A DNA stretch of 64,000 nt from Planctomycetia bacterium (GCA_016191115.1 JACPPG010000055.1:25018-89017); one strand, 5' to 3'. Positions 42,536 through 52,879 are shown, counted from the first letter of the stretch. A program made the numbers and translations. The notes: generated by a model from the letters alone, not told the origin.

Positions 42536-44935
42536 TCAGCCGCGCACCGAGCGCGAGGCCGGGCGGCCGCGGCGAAGTTGCGCGGCCGACAGTGCCGCGA
42601 CAACGCCGTGGTCGGAGCCGTCGAGATCGTCGCCGGCGAACAGGGCATCGAGCGCCCGATGGTGTGCCGCGTCGCTCCGTCCGTGGCCGGCGGCGATGCC
42701 GGAAAGCGTGCCCTTGTCGCCAGCGATGGTCGACGAGGCGGTCGCCTCCGCCGTAACGGGCGAACGGGTCGCGACCGACGCCGCCACGACCGGCTCGATC
42801 GCAAGCGGAGCGGCCGCCGCGCCTGCTCCGCCACCCACCCCGGCGCCCGATCCCGGCAGCGCCGTGAGCCACTTGGCCGCGACCAGTTGAATTTCGCTGA
42901 TGTCGACGAGGCCGTCACCGTTGCCGTCGTGCAGCGGATCACCTTGCAGCCAGCTCAAGGCTATCTGCTGAATGTCGGAGATGTTGACGGAGCTATCTTG
43001 ATTAAAGTCACCGGGCAGAACGCGGAATTGGAAATCGAGATTGCCCCCCTTGGTGCCGTTGCCCGATGGGTAGTTGGTCAATCCGCTGGTCCACTCCCCG
43101 TCGAGCAGGTTGCCGACCAGGTCGCGCACGCCGGCCGCGGAAGCGCCGTCCAAGTGGAGCGTCACGTTGTCGCGGTCGATCGGCGCCGCCAAGGTCCAGA
43201 TGCCGGTACGGTTTTCGGCGTCGTAGCTGAAGCTGCTGAAATCATAGAGCGGCACGTTCGCGCCCTGCACCACCAGGTCCTCCGCCTGCACGCTGACGTC
43301 CTCGCTGAACTGGATGACGATCTGATTGAGATTGCTCCAGGGCAGGGTCTTAAGCTGGTTGGCGCCGCCAGGCACTTCATAACCGTCGGCCGAGCCCAGG
43401 TTGGCGGCCGTCAACTGGTTGCGGAACGCGTTTCGCCATTGCGTGCTGCCGACCTGGACGCTCGTGACGCGGGGCGCGACCACGTCGAAATAGCCCAGAG
43501 GATACTGGATCGCCTGAAACGTGAAGTTCGTGCGTAGCGAGCTCAATAGCGGCGGCGGCAGGTTGAGGCTGGGGATCGGGTCCATGGGTCCGAGCGTGCC
43601 GCCGCCCGTGTACGGGTTCACGTACTTCCAGACCTGGGTGCCGTCCTGCGTTACTTCGATGAATGTCCCGTTGACCCCAAAGTCCACGAGCGTGTTGCCG
43701 TTGGGAAGCCGCTGCGCGCCGCTGATGATCGGCGAGAAGTTCTCGAGCGGGGCGTTGTACGTCCACGTCGTGGTTGCCGGGCCGTACGCCTGGCCCGCGG
43801 TCAAGGGATAGTTGCCGTTGGCGTCGGGGGTGGGCGTGGTGATTTCCTCGACCGAGGTGTAGTCCGTGCCCGGCCGGCCGAAGCCGTTGTTGAACACAGT
43901 GATGTCGCCGGCGCCCGGCACGCCATCGGGGATCCACTGGGGATCGTGCTGGAAATACAGCATGCGATCGTTGGCGGTTCCCCGATTGTAGGCCTGCGGA
44001 TTGCCCCAGCGATACAACAGGTCGCCGCCGCGGCCCGAACGGCCGCCCGTGTGGCTGGCGGCCTGGGCCGTGGTGGTGCTGTGATCGATGATCCAGAACT
44101 CGCTGAACTCGCGGCTCGACAGCACGATCTGGTCGAGGTCCGCGTTGTAGTCGATGCCGTTGGCGTGCGTCCAATCCTCGGGCGCGCCTCCGCCGTTGGC
44201 CGGGTCCGAGACATAGTTGAGGTTGATCAGCTCGGGATGATCCGCGACGCCGGTGGGGCCGTACCAGTTCGACTTCGTCGCGTCGAACTGCTGCACGAGG
44301 TGGTCCCAGATGTGCCACTCCCAGACGATCGTGCCGCCGCCGTTGACGTAATCGGGCTGCACTTCGACGATGCTGTCCGGGTACAGGTAGCCAGGTCCTG
44401 GCAGGTTCGGGTCGCGCCCGGCCAGCGTCGCCTGGGCCTCTGATTTCAGCTCCCAGGCAATCAGCAGGATGTTGCCGTTGGGCATGATCTTGAAATCGTG
44501 GTGCGCCAGGTACGTCGGGCTGTCGTAGGCGAACTGCCAGGTCTTCGTGCCGTTCCAATCGATGCGCTCCAACAGCCCGCCGGCGCCCGCCGCGTTAATG
44601 GAGCCGTTGCCCCCTTGCCCGTGCGGCGCCGCGTCGCGAATGATGCTGCCGTCGGGCAAGAGATAACCCAATAGCCCCGGCGAATAGGCCGATTGCCACT
44701 GGTTGACGACGCCGCCATCCCGGCCGATCAGATACGTTGTGGTGGCGGTGTTCGGTGAGAACAGAACGTACCCGGGTTCCGTGCCAGGATTGTTGAAGAA
44801 GAGCCCGGTCGTCTGGGCGAGCATGCGGCGGTCTTCGAGCGTCTCGCCAAACAGTCTGCGCGTGCGAAGCGGTGCGCGGCGGCGCGCGGTTGCGCGTCCG
44901 GCGTGCGATGAACGCAGTCGAGGCGTGCGCATCAT
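42536..44935 (-). CDS. secreted arylsulfotransferase-like beta-propeller protein with C-terminal dockerin-type repeats
   Basis: N-terminal ...LEDRRMLA secretion-type motif. ...YLAHHDFKIMPNGNILLIAWE... resembles ASST family. C-terminal GDFNQDSSVNISDIQQIALSWL and DGNGDGLVDISEIQLVAAKWL are dockerin/EF-hand-like Ca-binding repeats. Confidence 0.65.
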   Translation of the reverse strand: MMRTPRLRSSHAGRATARRRAPLRTRRLFGETLEDRRMLAQTTGLFFNNPGTEPGYVLFSPNTATTTYLIGRDGGVVNQWQSAYSPGLLGYLLPDGSIIRDAAPHGQGGNGSINAAGAGGLLERIDWNGTKTWQFAYDSPTYLAHHDFKIMPNGNILLIAWELKSEAQATLAGRDPNLPGPGYLYPDSIVEVQPDYVNGGGTIVWEWHIWDHLVQQFDATKSNWYGPTGVADHPELINLNYVSDPANGGGAPEDWTHANGIDYNADLDQIVLSSREFSEFWIIDHSTTTAQAASHTGGRSGRGGDLLYRWGNPQAYNRGTANDRMLYFQHDPQWIPDGVPGAGDITVFNNGFGRPGTDYTSVEEITTPTPDANGNYPLTAGQAYGPATTTWTYNAPLENFSPIISGAQRLPNGNTLVDFGVNGTFIEVTQDGTQVWKYVNPYTGGGTLGPMDPIPSLNLPPPLLSSLRTNFTFQAIQYPLGYFDVVAPRVTSVQVGSTQWRNAFRNQLTAANLGSADGYEVPGGANQLKTLPWSNLNQIVIQFSEDVSVQAEDLVVQGANVPLYDFSSFSYDAENRTGIWTLAAPIDRDNVTLHLDGASAAGVRDLVGNLLDGEWTSGLTNYPSGNGTKGGNLDFQFRVLPGDFNQDSSVNISDIQQIALSWLQGDPLHDGNGDGLVDISEIQLVAAKWLTALPGSGAGVGGGAGAAAAPLAIEPVVAASVATRSPVTAEATASSTIAGDKGTLSGIAAGHGRSDAAHHRALDALFAGDDLDGSDHGVVAALSAAQLRRGRPASRSVRG

Positions 44936-45192
44936 GGTTCCTCAGTTGGGCTGCAAGTTTGGCCGAGCAACGGGTGACAACCCGGGTCCGCCCCCAAGTC
45001 CCTCGAAGGCCGCGGCCTACAGGCTATCCCCTGCGATGAGGAATCACAAGGAAAAAGTGGCTCGGCTCATGGAGCGGGTGCGCCGCGGGCTTTGCCGGCG
45101 CTTACCGCGCGTGCCACGGCCTGGCCGACCGGGGCAAGCCGTGCTGCGCCGAAGGACCTCCGCCATTGTGATCGACGTCCGTCAGCGCCGCG

Positions 45193-45213
45193 CACTGCTT
45201 CCGCGAAGCAGTG
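45193..45213 (-). terminator. hairpin downstream of purF
   Basis: CACTGCTTC-CGC-GAAGCAGTG, a perfect 9-bp stem 66 nt past the purF stop. No U-tract. Confidence 0.3.
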
Positions 45214-45278
45214 GCACACGGCGCGCCCTTGCAAAGCCTTGGGCACACAATTGGCCCGTGCGACGGCAACTGGCCGCG

Positions 45279-46856
45279 TCACACCTTCGCCTTGGCGCTC
45301 TCGTAGGTGCGCGTCGAGATGTTCGCCTTCGCGTTCGCCAGTGCGATCTGGTACAGCTCCTGGCCGCAGGGCGTCGGGTAGCGTCCCGTGATGCACGCCT
45401 GGCACAGTTGATCGCTGTCGAAGCCGATCGCGCGGGCGATCGAGTCGACCGGCAGGTAGCGGAGCGAATCGGCCCCCAGTTGGGCGGCCATACGGGCCTG
45501 CGCCGCCTCGGTCAGCACGCCGTTCTCCAGAAACCGCGGGGCGAAAAGCTCGTTGATCGTCGACATGTCGATCCCGTAGAAGCACGGCGCGACGATCGGC
45601 GGGCAGGCCACGCGGACGTGAATCTCGCGGGCCTGACCCAGCTCGCGGATGCGGTGCAGCAAAACCTTCATCGTGGTCGAGCGGACGATCGAATCCTCGA
45701 CCAATAGCACCCGTTTGCCTTCGAGCACTTCGCGCAACGGCGTGTACTTGCTTTCCGCTTTCTGTTTGCGGTCCCCCGACCCCTCGATGAACGTGCGGCC
45801 GGAGTACCGATTGCGGATCAATCCCTCGCGCGACGGCACGCCCAGCCGATAGGCCATGGCGTCGGCCGCGGCCTTGCTCGTGTCGGGCACCGGGACGACG
45901 ATCGTGTCCTCGTCGATTGTGACGGTCTCCAGCCGGGCCAGCTCCTCGCCCAGCGCCGTCCGCGACAGGTACACGCTTCGGGAGTCCATCGTGCTGGCGA
46001 CGTTGGCGAAATAGATCCATTCGAAGAAGCAGTGGGCGCGGCGGGGGCTGGCGGCAAACCGCTGCACCTCGAACCGGCCGTCGACGATCGTGATGGCCTG
46101 CCCGGGCAACAGCGATTTCACGTTCTCCGGCGAAAAGCCCAGGTTCAGGAGCGCCACGCTCTCGCTCGCCGCGGCAAACAACGGTCCCTCCAGGGCGTAG
46201 CACAATGGCTTGATCCCCAGCGGGTCGCGAACCACCAGCATGTCCCCCAGTGCATTGAGAAACACGAGGCTATAGGCCCCGTCCAACCGCTGGTCGACAT
46301 TGCGCCACAGTTCGACCAGCGACGGGTTGCGGTCGCCCGACAGCTCCCGGCTGATCTCGTGCATGATGATTTCGGTGTCGGTTTCGCGGGCGAGATGGTT
46401 GTCGCCGTCGACCAACAGGTCGCGCCGCAGCTTCTGATAGTTGGCCAATTGACCGTTGAAGCCGAAGCTGAACCACTTGTGCTTTTGCAGGTGGTGCCGC
46501 TCGAAGGGCTGAGCGTAACTGCGGTCCTCGGCGCCGCACGTTGCGTAGCGGACGTGGCCGATCGCCGCCCGGCCGCAATACTCCGACATCAGGCTCTCGT
46601 ACTTGCCGCGGTGGCTGAGGCGGAAGACCTCGCTGACGCCGCCCAGCTCCTTGTGGGTGTCGATAAGCTGGTTGCGCTCGGGATTGAAGCTCGTCATGCC
46701 GGCTGAGAGCTGGCCGCGATTCTGGATGTCCAAGAGCATCCGCGGCAGCAGACGCGACGCCTGCTCCGGCCCCTGCGGGGGGCAAAGCGGACTGGCGGCC
46801 CGGCCCGGCAGGTGATAGATCGCCGCGACGCCGCACTCGTGAAAGATGTCGCTCAT
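45279..46856 (-). CDS. purF: amidophosphoribosyltransferase
   Basis: [14 protein letters not shown] (short propeptide before the catalytic Cys), ...[10 protein letters not shown]..., ...RYSGRTFI..., PRPP motif [13 protein letters not shown]. Confidence 0.9.
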   Translation of the reverse strand: MSDIFHECGVAAIYHLPGRAASPLCPPQGPEQASRLLPRMLLDIQNRGQLSAGMTSFNPERNQLIDTHKELGGVSEVFRLSHRGKYESLMSEYCGRAAIGHVRYATCGAEDRSYAQPFERHHLQKHKWFSFGFNGQLANYQKLRRDLLVDGDNHLARETDTEIIMHEISRELSGDRNPSLVELWRNVDQRLDGAYSLVFLNALGDMLVVRDPLGIKPLCYALEGPLFAAASESVALLNLGFSPENVKSLLPGQAITIVDGRFEVQRFAASPRRAHCFFEWIYFANVASTMDSRSVYLSRTALGEELARLETVTIDEDTIVVPVPDTSKAAADAMAYRLGVPSREGLIRNRYSGRTFIEGSGDRKQKAESKYTPLREVLEGKRVLLVEDSIVRSTTMKVLLHRIRELGQAREIHVRVACPPIVAPCFYGIDMSTINELFAPRFLENGVLTEAAQARMAAQLGADSLRYLPVDSIARAIGFDSDQLCQACITGRYPTPCGQELYQIALANAKANISTRTYESAKAKV

Positions 46857-46963
46857 CGTGCGCCGGTTGGCCGCTCTTTTCTTTCTTGGTGGCTGGGAAC
46901 CGCGAACGGGCAATCCATTGTACGCCGTGGCGCCGTATTCTCAAAGGAGGCGGCGCCGTCCGC

Positions 46964-47120
46964 CAGGGCTGTTCACAGATTCAAGCTTGCCGGCGGCGCA
47001 CCGGCGGGAAAGTGGGACAGGCGCCGAGACGCAGCGTTGGTATGAAAGGGCTTGCGCTGTTTGTGCTCGGAGCCAGTCCCATTTTCCCGCCTCGCCATTT
47101 TGAAAAACAGAATGGCCCTG
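46964..47120 (+). mobile_element. MITE-like element copy 3 (157 bp)
   Basis: CAGGGCTGTTC...GAATGGCCCTG. Flanking 10-mers CGCCGTCCGC (46954-46963) and CGCCGTGCGC (47121-47130), 9/10 identical. Confidence 0.8.
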
Positions 47121-47517
47121 CGCCGTGCGCAGGAGAACTGCCAAGTCCTGGGAGAGGGGGTCAGGCACATTTTTCGGCCGAAGGTCCTTCGGAAGAATTG
47201 AGAACCGCATGTGCCGAAAAATGAGCCAGACCCCGGACTTTGCCGTGCTCCTGGCGCCGTGCGGCGGGCAACGGCGAAGCATTTGTAGGAGGTGTCTCCC
47301 GACGCCGACCGCGTCATCGCGAGGCGGCGAACCAACTTCTGGCCGGTCGGCGTCGGGAAGTCGCCTCCTACAATCATGCAGTGCGATCCGCACAAGCCGG
47401 CCGCCGAGATCGGGCGGTTCTTTTTCGATCGGGGGCGTGATAGAATCCGCGCGCCAACGTGCTTGGCGCCGCCTGCCCGCGCCTCGCTTCAACCCTTTTC
47501 CACAAGGAATCTCAACC

Positions 47518-48009
47518 ATGAACGCGAAAGATGTCATCCGCAAGAGCATCAACTCGACGGACATGATCGTCGACGGCTATCTCGAGGACTTGACCGATGC
47601 GGAACTGTTGGTTCGCCCGGTGCCGGGCGCGAATCACATCGCCTGGCAACTCGGCCATCTGATCAACTCGGAGCATGATCTGGTCGAGGGCATCGCCCCC
47701 GGCTCAATGCCCAAGCTACCGGGCGGCTTCAAGGAGAAATACGCAAAGGAAACGGCTGCCAGCGACGACCCCAAGGCCTTCCACACAAAGACCGAATACC
47801 GGCGGCTGTTGAAGGAGCAGCGGGCCGGGACGTTTGCGGCCCTCGAGAAGACGCCCGAGGGAGAGTTGGACAAGCCGGCGCCGGAGGAGTTCCGCTCGTA
47901 CTGCCCAACCGTGGCGGACGTGTTCCTGCTGCAAGGCACGCACGTGATGATGCACGCCGGACAGTGGGCCGTGACGCGTCGCAAGCTCGGCCGCAAACCG
48001 CTCTTCTAA
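47518..48009 (+). CDS. DinB-family protein
   Basis: Start at ATG 47518; the upstream part of the track ORF covers MITE and intergenic DNA. ...LTDAELLVRPVPGANHIAWQLGHLINSEH...THVMMHAGQWAVTRRKLG fits the DinB four-helix His pattern. Confidence 0.72.
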   Translation: MNAKDVIRKSINSTDMIVDGYLEDLTDAELLVRPVPGANHIAWQLGHLINSEHDLVEGIAPGSMPKLPGGFKEKYAKETAASDDPKAFHTKTEYRRLLKEQRAGTFAALEKTPEGELDKPAPEEFRSYCPTVADVFLLQGTHVMMHAGQWAVTRRKLGRKPLF

Positions 48010-48121
48010 GAGCGCCGCGCTCTGAAGAGAGAATAGGAAAGGGCGCGGCTCGCGCCGCGCCGCCTTGGCGAGGTGCAGCGGCTCGGCAGTGGCCTCGCCC
48101 TCCCGTCGTCGCCAGACCGGC

Positions 48122-49864
48122 TCAACTCCCCTCGCCGCTGGTGCGTTGCCGGTAGTACTTCAGCCCAGGAAAAAAGAAGCAGCCGGCCGAGACGACGCCG
48201 AAGAGCGTCACGCCCAGGGGGATCTGCAGCCGCTGCAAGATGGCCATCGCCAGGGCCGTGACAAACAGCGCCGCCGCCTGCAAATAGAACTGCCCTGTGA
48301 GCATGCCCGCCTTCACCGCGAAGATCATGCTGCTTGTAAGCGCCAAGACCGGCGACAGCGTAAGCACCTCCAGCCCCAGAATCATCTCCACAACGAACAG
48401 ACCCGCGATGCTCATCATGCTGGCGGCCCACAGGTGGGCAATCTGCCGCTCGACGAACGTCACCGGCCCGGAGCGTCGGCGCAGCGTCCAGAAAATCACG
48501 GCCCACGTGCCCAGCCCCGCGATCCACAATCCCAAATAGGGCCACGGCGAGGTCTGGCCGCGCCACTGCAGGTAGTTGGTGGCCAGGCACGTCGCCAAGA
48601 GGGCCAGGCTGTGCCACATCCACAGCAGGCCCCAGTTCTCGAGGACCGTGGCATGATGCGTCTCGCGAAACGCCCGCGCGATCACCTGGCTGAACACACC
48701 GCTGCGGGCCGCCGTCGGCTCGTCGGCCAGGTAGGCATCGAGGTCGTCGGCCAGCGATTTCGCCGACTCGTAGCGCAGCTCCTGCGGCTTCTGCAGACAC
48801 TTAAGCGCGATCATTTCCAGCTCGCGATCGGCGCGTGGATTCACGAGCCTTGGCGGCAGCGGCTCCTGCTCCAACACCAAGAGCACCGTGTCGACCGGCG
48901 AGGCGGCTTGAAATGGCGGCCGCCCGGTGAGCATCTGGTAGAGGATTGTGCCCAGGCTGTAGACGTCGCTCGCCGGTCGCAGCTTGCCCCGCGTTCCGGC
49001 GGCTTGCTCGGGCGCGATGTAGGAAGGCGTGCCGAGGATGGCGCCGCTGAGGGTCAAATGCGAGTCTCCTTCGACGCGCTTCGCCAGCCCGAAGTCCGAG
49101 ACGTGCGGCCGCCCCTCGGCGTCGATCAGGATGTTCGACGGCTTCAAGTCGCGGTGCAGGAGGCCGCGGGTGTGCGCGAAATGCACGGCCCGGCACACCG
49201 GCGCCAGTAGCGCGGCCGCCTCGCGCGGGGCGAGCGGCCCTTCGGCCAGCCGCCGGGAGAGTGTCGTGCCCTCGACATATTTCATCGTGAAATAGGGGAC
49301 GCCCGCCAGCTCGCCTACGTCGTACACGGGCACGATTCCTGGATGGTCCAGCCGCGCGGCCGACTCGGCTTCGGAACGGAAGCGGGCCAGGTCCGCCGCG
49401 GTCGCCAGTTCGCCGCGCAGAATCATCTTCAGCGCCACGACGCGGTCCAGGCTGATCTGCCGGGCCTTGTAGACGATTCCCATCCCGCCCCGGCCGAGCA
49501 CGGCCAATAGTTCGTAGTCGCCGAACCGCCGCGGCGCATCGGGCGACAGGGCCTCTTCCACCGCGTCGATGGGAAGCGACTGGTCGTGCGTGGCATCGCC
49601 GAGTGGGCGCGCCGGCGCCGCTGGATCGGTTAGGCCGCTGGTGCCGGCCGCCACGCAATCGGTCACCAGCATCGCCGTCCATAGCGATCGCAACTCCTCG
49701 GCCAGGTCGGGATGCGCGACAAGCATCCCATCGATCTCGGGTTCCTTTCCCTGGCGGAGTTGTTCTGCAAGCTGATCCACGAGCGCGGCAAGCCGCTGGT
49801 CGCGATCGATATCGGGCGCGCCGGCGCGGTGCGAAGCGGCTGTTTCCCGGCTGCCGGCACTCAT
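48122..49864 (-). CDS. Ser/Thr protein kinase with C-terminal polytopic membrane domain
   Basis: GRGGMGIVYKA...VALK, HRDLKPSNILID, DFGLAK, GTPSYIAPE, followed by ~6 hydrophobic helices. Confidence 0.9.
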   Translation of the reverse strand: MSAGSRETAASHRAGAPDIDRDQRLAALVDQLAEQLRQGKEPEIDGMLVAHPDLAEELRSLWTAMLVTDCVAAGTSGLTDPAAPARPLGDATHDQSLPIDAVEEALSPDAPRRFGDYELLAVLGRGGMGIVYKARQISLDRVVALKMILRGELATAADLARFRSEAESAARLDHPGIVPVYDVGELAGVPYFTMKYVEGTTLSRRLAEGPLAPREAAALLAPVCRAVHFAHTRGLLHRDLKPSNILIDAEGRPHVSDFGLAKRVEGDSHLTLSGAILGTPSYIAPEQAAGTRGKLRPASDVYSLGTILYQMLTGRPPFQAASPVDTVLLVLEQEPLPPRLVNPRADRELEMIALKCLQKPQELRYESAKSLADDLDAYLADEPTAARSGVFSQVIARAFRETHHATVLENWGLLWMWHSLALLATCLATNYLQWRGQTSPWPYLGLWIAGLGTWAVIFWTLRRRSGPVTFVERQIAHLWAASMMSIAGLFVVEMILGLEVLTLSPVLALTSSMIFAVKAGMLTGQFYLQAAALFVTALAMAILQRLQIPLGVTLFGVVSAGCFFFPGLKYYRQRTSGEGS

Positions 49865-50499
49865 GGCGAACCCCTTTCGTCCGGCACTTCTTCCAAGAGG
49901 GCCCGCAGCCGGCGCATCGCCCGCAAATAACGCATGCCGGCCGCGGCCTCGCTGAGTTCCAGGGCCTGGGCGGTTTGCTGATTCGAAAGCTGCTCGAAGT
50001 GACGCATGAGGATGACTTCGCGATCGGTGTCGTCCAAGGTCTCGAGCGCTGCCTGGAAGCGGACCTCCAGCTCATGGTGCGTGGCCGCGGCGGCGGGCGT
50101 AAGCTGTCGATCGCGCACGAGCGCTGCCAGGTCCACGGCCGATTGATCGGCGAACGCCGGCGGCACAAGCGGCTGCTCGCGATCCAGGCTGCGCCGCGCC
50201 GCTCCGCGGTGGCGGCGATGGGCGTCGATCAGCCGGTCGCGCGCCAGGTGCCGCAACCAGGCGTGGAACGGCATCTTCGCCGCCCTTAAATAATCCGTAA
50301 GCCGCCGGTTCGCTTCGACCAGCACGTCTTGCACGATGTCGCTAGCATCCAGCCGCCTTTGCAGGGCGCGATCGAGCCGCAGCCCGACCAATCGGCGCAG
50401 AGCCTCGCGGTGCCGCTCCAAGAGCCGGTTGCGGGCCTCGGCGTCGCCACCGCGCGCACCGGCGAGGAGTTCTTGGGTTTCCGACGAATCAGGCCACAT
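49861..50499 (-). CDS. ECF-type sigma-70 factor (planctomycete STK-associated type)
   Basis: SSETQELLAGARGGDAEARNRLLERHREALRRLV..., region 2 DIVQDVLVEA, region 4 QTAQALELSEAAAGMRYLRAMRRL. ATGA overlap with the kinase gene. Confidence 0.85.
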   Translation of the reverse strand: MWPDSSETQELLAGARGGDAEARNRLLERHREALRRLVGLRLDRALQRRLDASDIVQDVLVEANRRLTDYLRAAKMPFHAWLRHLARDRLIDAHRRHRGAARRSLDREQPLVPPAFADQSAVDLAALVRDRQLTPAAAATHHELEVRFQAALETLDDTDREVILMRHFEQLSNQQTAQALELSEAAAGMRYLRAMRRLRALLEEVPDERGSP

Positions 50500-50566
50500 C
50501 GTAGCAAGTATACTGGAGAGGGCCGGTGGAGTCCGCCCATTCCTGCTCGTGGTAGTGCCGCGCCCT

Positions 50567-51706
50567 ATGCAATTGCAAGCCCGTTCAATCTTGTTGATCT
50601 TGCGGAAAGCGGTTGCCGGTTGCGCCGTCGCTTTCTGGATGCACGGCCCCGTCTCCGGTCAGGAAGGCGCCCGGATCACGATCGAGAATCATTGCCCGCA
50701 GGCGGTTTCCTGCCGCGTGGCCGCCCAAGGCCAGGAGACGCCCCGAACGATGGCGATCGCCGCCGGGGCGACCGAAACGCTCGACGCCGATGGCCGCCTC
50801 ATCTGCCAATACGAAAGCGGCGGGCGCCAGCAGCGCTACGATCTGGAGCCCGGCCGGCACTATCGGTTTCTGGCGGCCCGATCCGGGGGCGTCCAGCTTT
50901 GGTTGCTTTCCTCGCAGCACATGCCCGTTGACAAGATACCCAGCGATCCCGCGGCATCGCGCGAGATCAAAGTCCTGGTGGCGGGCGGGCGCGAGTATCG
51001 CGGATTCTACGTCAACTGGCAGGATCGCGCCATGCGGATCGTCGCCGCGGCGTCGCAGCGCCTCGACCGGCAATTTGGCATCCGCTTCAAGGTGGTCGGC
51101 TACCGCACGTGGGAATACAAGGTCGCGCCGCGCACGGCCTCGCAGGCCTTTCAACTGCTGCACGAGGTTCCGCCCGGCGACGCGGACCTGGTGATTGGCT
51201 TCACACTCGTGCCGTTCGACGGGGCGCGGGGCGAGGTCCGCGGGCTGACGCAGTATTTCAGCCAATTCGTGGTGATCCCCGACGCGTGGGCGCCCAACGG
51301 CGCCACGACCCGGCTGGTGCACGAGTTGTGCCACGTGTTCGGCGCGTTCCATATCGCCCAGGCGGACTCGGTGATGCAGCCCGCCTTCGAGGCGACGCCG
51401 CGGACGTACGTTTTCGGCGAGCCGGTCCACAAGGCGGTGGCGTTGGGGAAGGGCGTCGATCTGGCGCGCGGCGTCGAGAGCCTTACGGCCGAATCGCGCG
51501 ACGCCCTGCGCGAACTCTTCCGCGAGCACCATCATCCGATCGAGCGGCTGGACGAAGACCCTATCACGGTCGGCTACCGCTACCAGGCGCGTCGCGCCGA
51601 GCTGGCCGGCGACACGAAGCGCAGCCAGCAGATGCTGGAGGCGGCGAAACAATTGCCGCCATTGGGCCCGGCGCCGGCGAGTGCTGCGCCGCCGAGCGAT
51701 CACTAA
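50567..51706 (+). CDS. secreted metzincin-like zinc metalloprotease
   Basis: Start at ATG 50567 (signal MQLQARSILLILRKAVAGCAVAF). LVHELCHVFGAFH matches the HExxHxxGxxH zinc motif. Confidence 0.6.
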   Translation: MQLQARSILLILRKAVAGCAVAFWMHGPVSGQEGARITIENHCPQAVSCRVAAQGQETPRTMAIAAGATETLDADGRLICQYESGGRQQRYDLEPGRHYRFLAARSGGVQLWLLSSQHMPVDKIPSDPAASREIKVLVAGGREYRGFYVNWQDRAMRIVAAASQRLDRQFGIRFKVVGYRTWEYKVAPRTASQAFQLLHEVPPGDADLVIGFTLVPFDGARGEVRGLTQYFSQFVVIPDAWAPNGATTRLVHELCHVFGAFHIAQADSVMQPAFEATPRTYVFGEPVHKAVALGKGVDLARGVESLTAESRDALRELFREHHHPIERLDEDPITVGYRYQARRAELAGDTKRSQQMLEAAKQLPPLGPAPASAAPPSDH

Positions 51707-52233
51707 TCCCGCACCAGCGCGTACACCAGCTCGTCGGCCGTGCGGCCGTCTTTGGTGACGGCGCGGCGCAAGCGCGCCTCGAACGTGAAGCCGGCCTTTT
51801 CCAGCACGCGGGCGCTGGCCGGGTTCCAATCGAACACGCCCGCGTACAGCCGGCACAAATCGAACGTGGCGAAGGCGTAGTCGACGATCGCGCGGACGGC
51901 GTCGGTCGTGATGCCGCGGCCCCAGTGTTCTTCCGACAGCCAGTAGCCCAGCTCGGCGCTGCGGCGATAGACGTCGTCCTTCGGCACGATCCCGATGCCC
52001 CCCACCGGCTCGTCGCCAATGACGATGGCAAAGCTGGTCGGTGGATTGTTTCCCACGGCGGTGGGCAGCCACCGGTCGGCGTCCTCGGCCGTGTAGGGAT
52101 GCGGAAAGGCGTCGCGCAGGTTTTGCCAGATGTGGCGGTTGTTGGCGTGCCGCACCAGGGCGTCGGCATCGTCCAGCCGCCAGGGGCGCAAATGGCCCTG
52201 CGGGAGCTCGATCCGCATGTTGTGATGGCTCAT
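51703..52233 (-). CDS. GNAT family N-acetyltransferase (RimJ/RimL-like)
   Basis: ...LRPWRLDDADALVRHANN...IGYWLSEEHWGRGITTDAVRAIVDYAF...L.RLYAGVFDWNPASARVLEKAGF.... Confidence 0.85.
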   Translation of the reverse strand: MSHHNMRIELPQGHLRPWRLDDADALVRHANNRHIWQNLRDAFPHPYTAEDADRWLPTAVGNNPPTSFAIVIGDEPVGGIGIVPKDDVYRRSAELGYWLSEEHWGRGITTDAVRAIVDYAFATFDLCRLYAGVFDWNPASARVLEKAGFTFEARLRRAVTKDGRTADELVYALVRD

Positions 52234-52281
52234 ACGTTTCCGTTACACAGGACGCGCACGCGCTAGGTTCGCAAGCGCGCT

Positions 52282-52366
52282 TCGGGAGGGCGAGGCTCCC
52301 GCCGAGCCGGTGGCTTCGATGATGCCCCTACTCCTTGACACGGCTCGGCAGGAGCCTCGCCCTCCC
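52282..52366. repeat. REP-like GC palindrome, copy 1
   Basis: CGGGAGGGCGAGGCTCCCGCCGAGCCG (52282-52308) and CGGCTCGGCAGGAGCCTCGCCCTCCCG (52340-52366), with a 31-nt spacer. Confidence 0.85.
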
Positions 52367-52742
52367 GCATCAGATCGCCGGCGAGGCCCGGAAGGCATGC
52401 TAACAAGTCACAGCCTCTTGCGCTAGCAGTATGGGAGGACGAAACAGGAGCCACGAGCCATGCCAGACGGGAAAAGACACAGACGGCACAGCCCGAATCC
52501 CGCCCGCAGGGCCTGGTATGCCCGTCATCGGGCCCTCCGCTTCCAGCGCCGCTTTGGACTCGGGACGCAGGGCATCGGATAGTATGCGGCATCCTTTGAT
52601 GTCCTTAAGCGATCCTCGCTCTCCCAAGCCCGAAGCGCAAGAGCGCAAGCGAGGGTGGCGTAACGTCCCTCGCTCGCGCGTCTCGCGCGCCGGGCTTCAT
52701 GCTTCGGCGTGGCGCAGTCCTCGGGGGCCGGCGGTTTTCGCC

Positions 52743-52879
52743 CAGGGCCGTTCACAGATTTAAGCTGAAAGTGGGACAGGCACCGAGACGCAACGTTGGT
52801 CTGAAAGGACTTGCGCTGTTTATGCTCGGAGCCAGTCCCATTTTCCCGCCTCGCCATTTTGAAAAACAGAATGGCCCTG
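52743..52879 (+). mobile_element. MITE-like element copy 4 (137 bp, internal 20-bp deletion)
   Basis: CAGGGCCGTTC...GAATGGCCCTG. Perfect 10-bp flanking repeat GGTTTTCGCC (52733-52742 and 52880-52889). Lacks TGCCGGCGGCGCACCGGCGG relative to copy 1. Confidence 0.85.

Noticed and set aside
42407-43537. 376-aa plus-strand ORF opposite the ASST-like gene, and similar ORFs at 43377-44558 (-), 45067-46203 (-) and 48065-49210 (+)
   Set aside because: Alternative-frame or antisense ORFs with Arg/Gly/Pro-rich translations. They overlap confidently called genes (ASST-like, purF, kinase).
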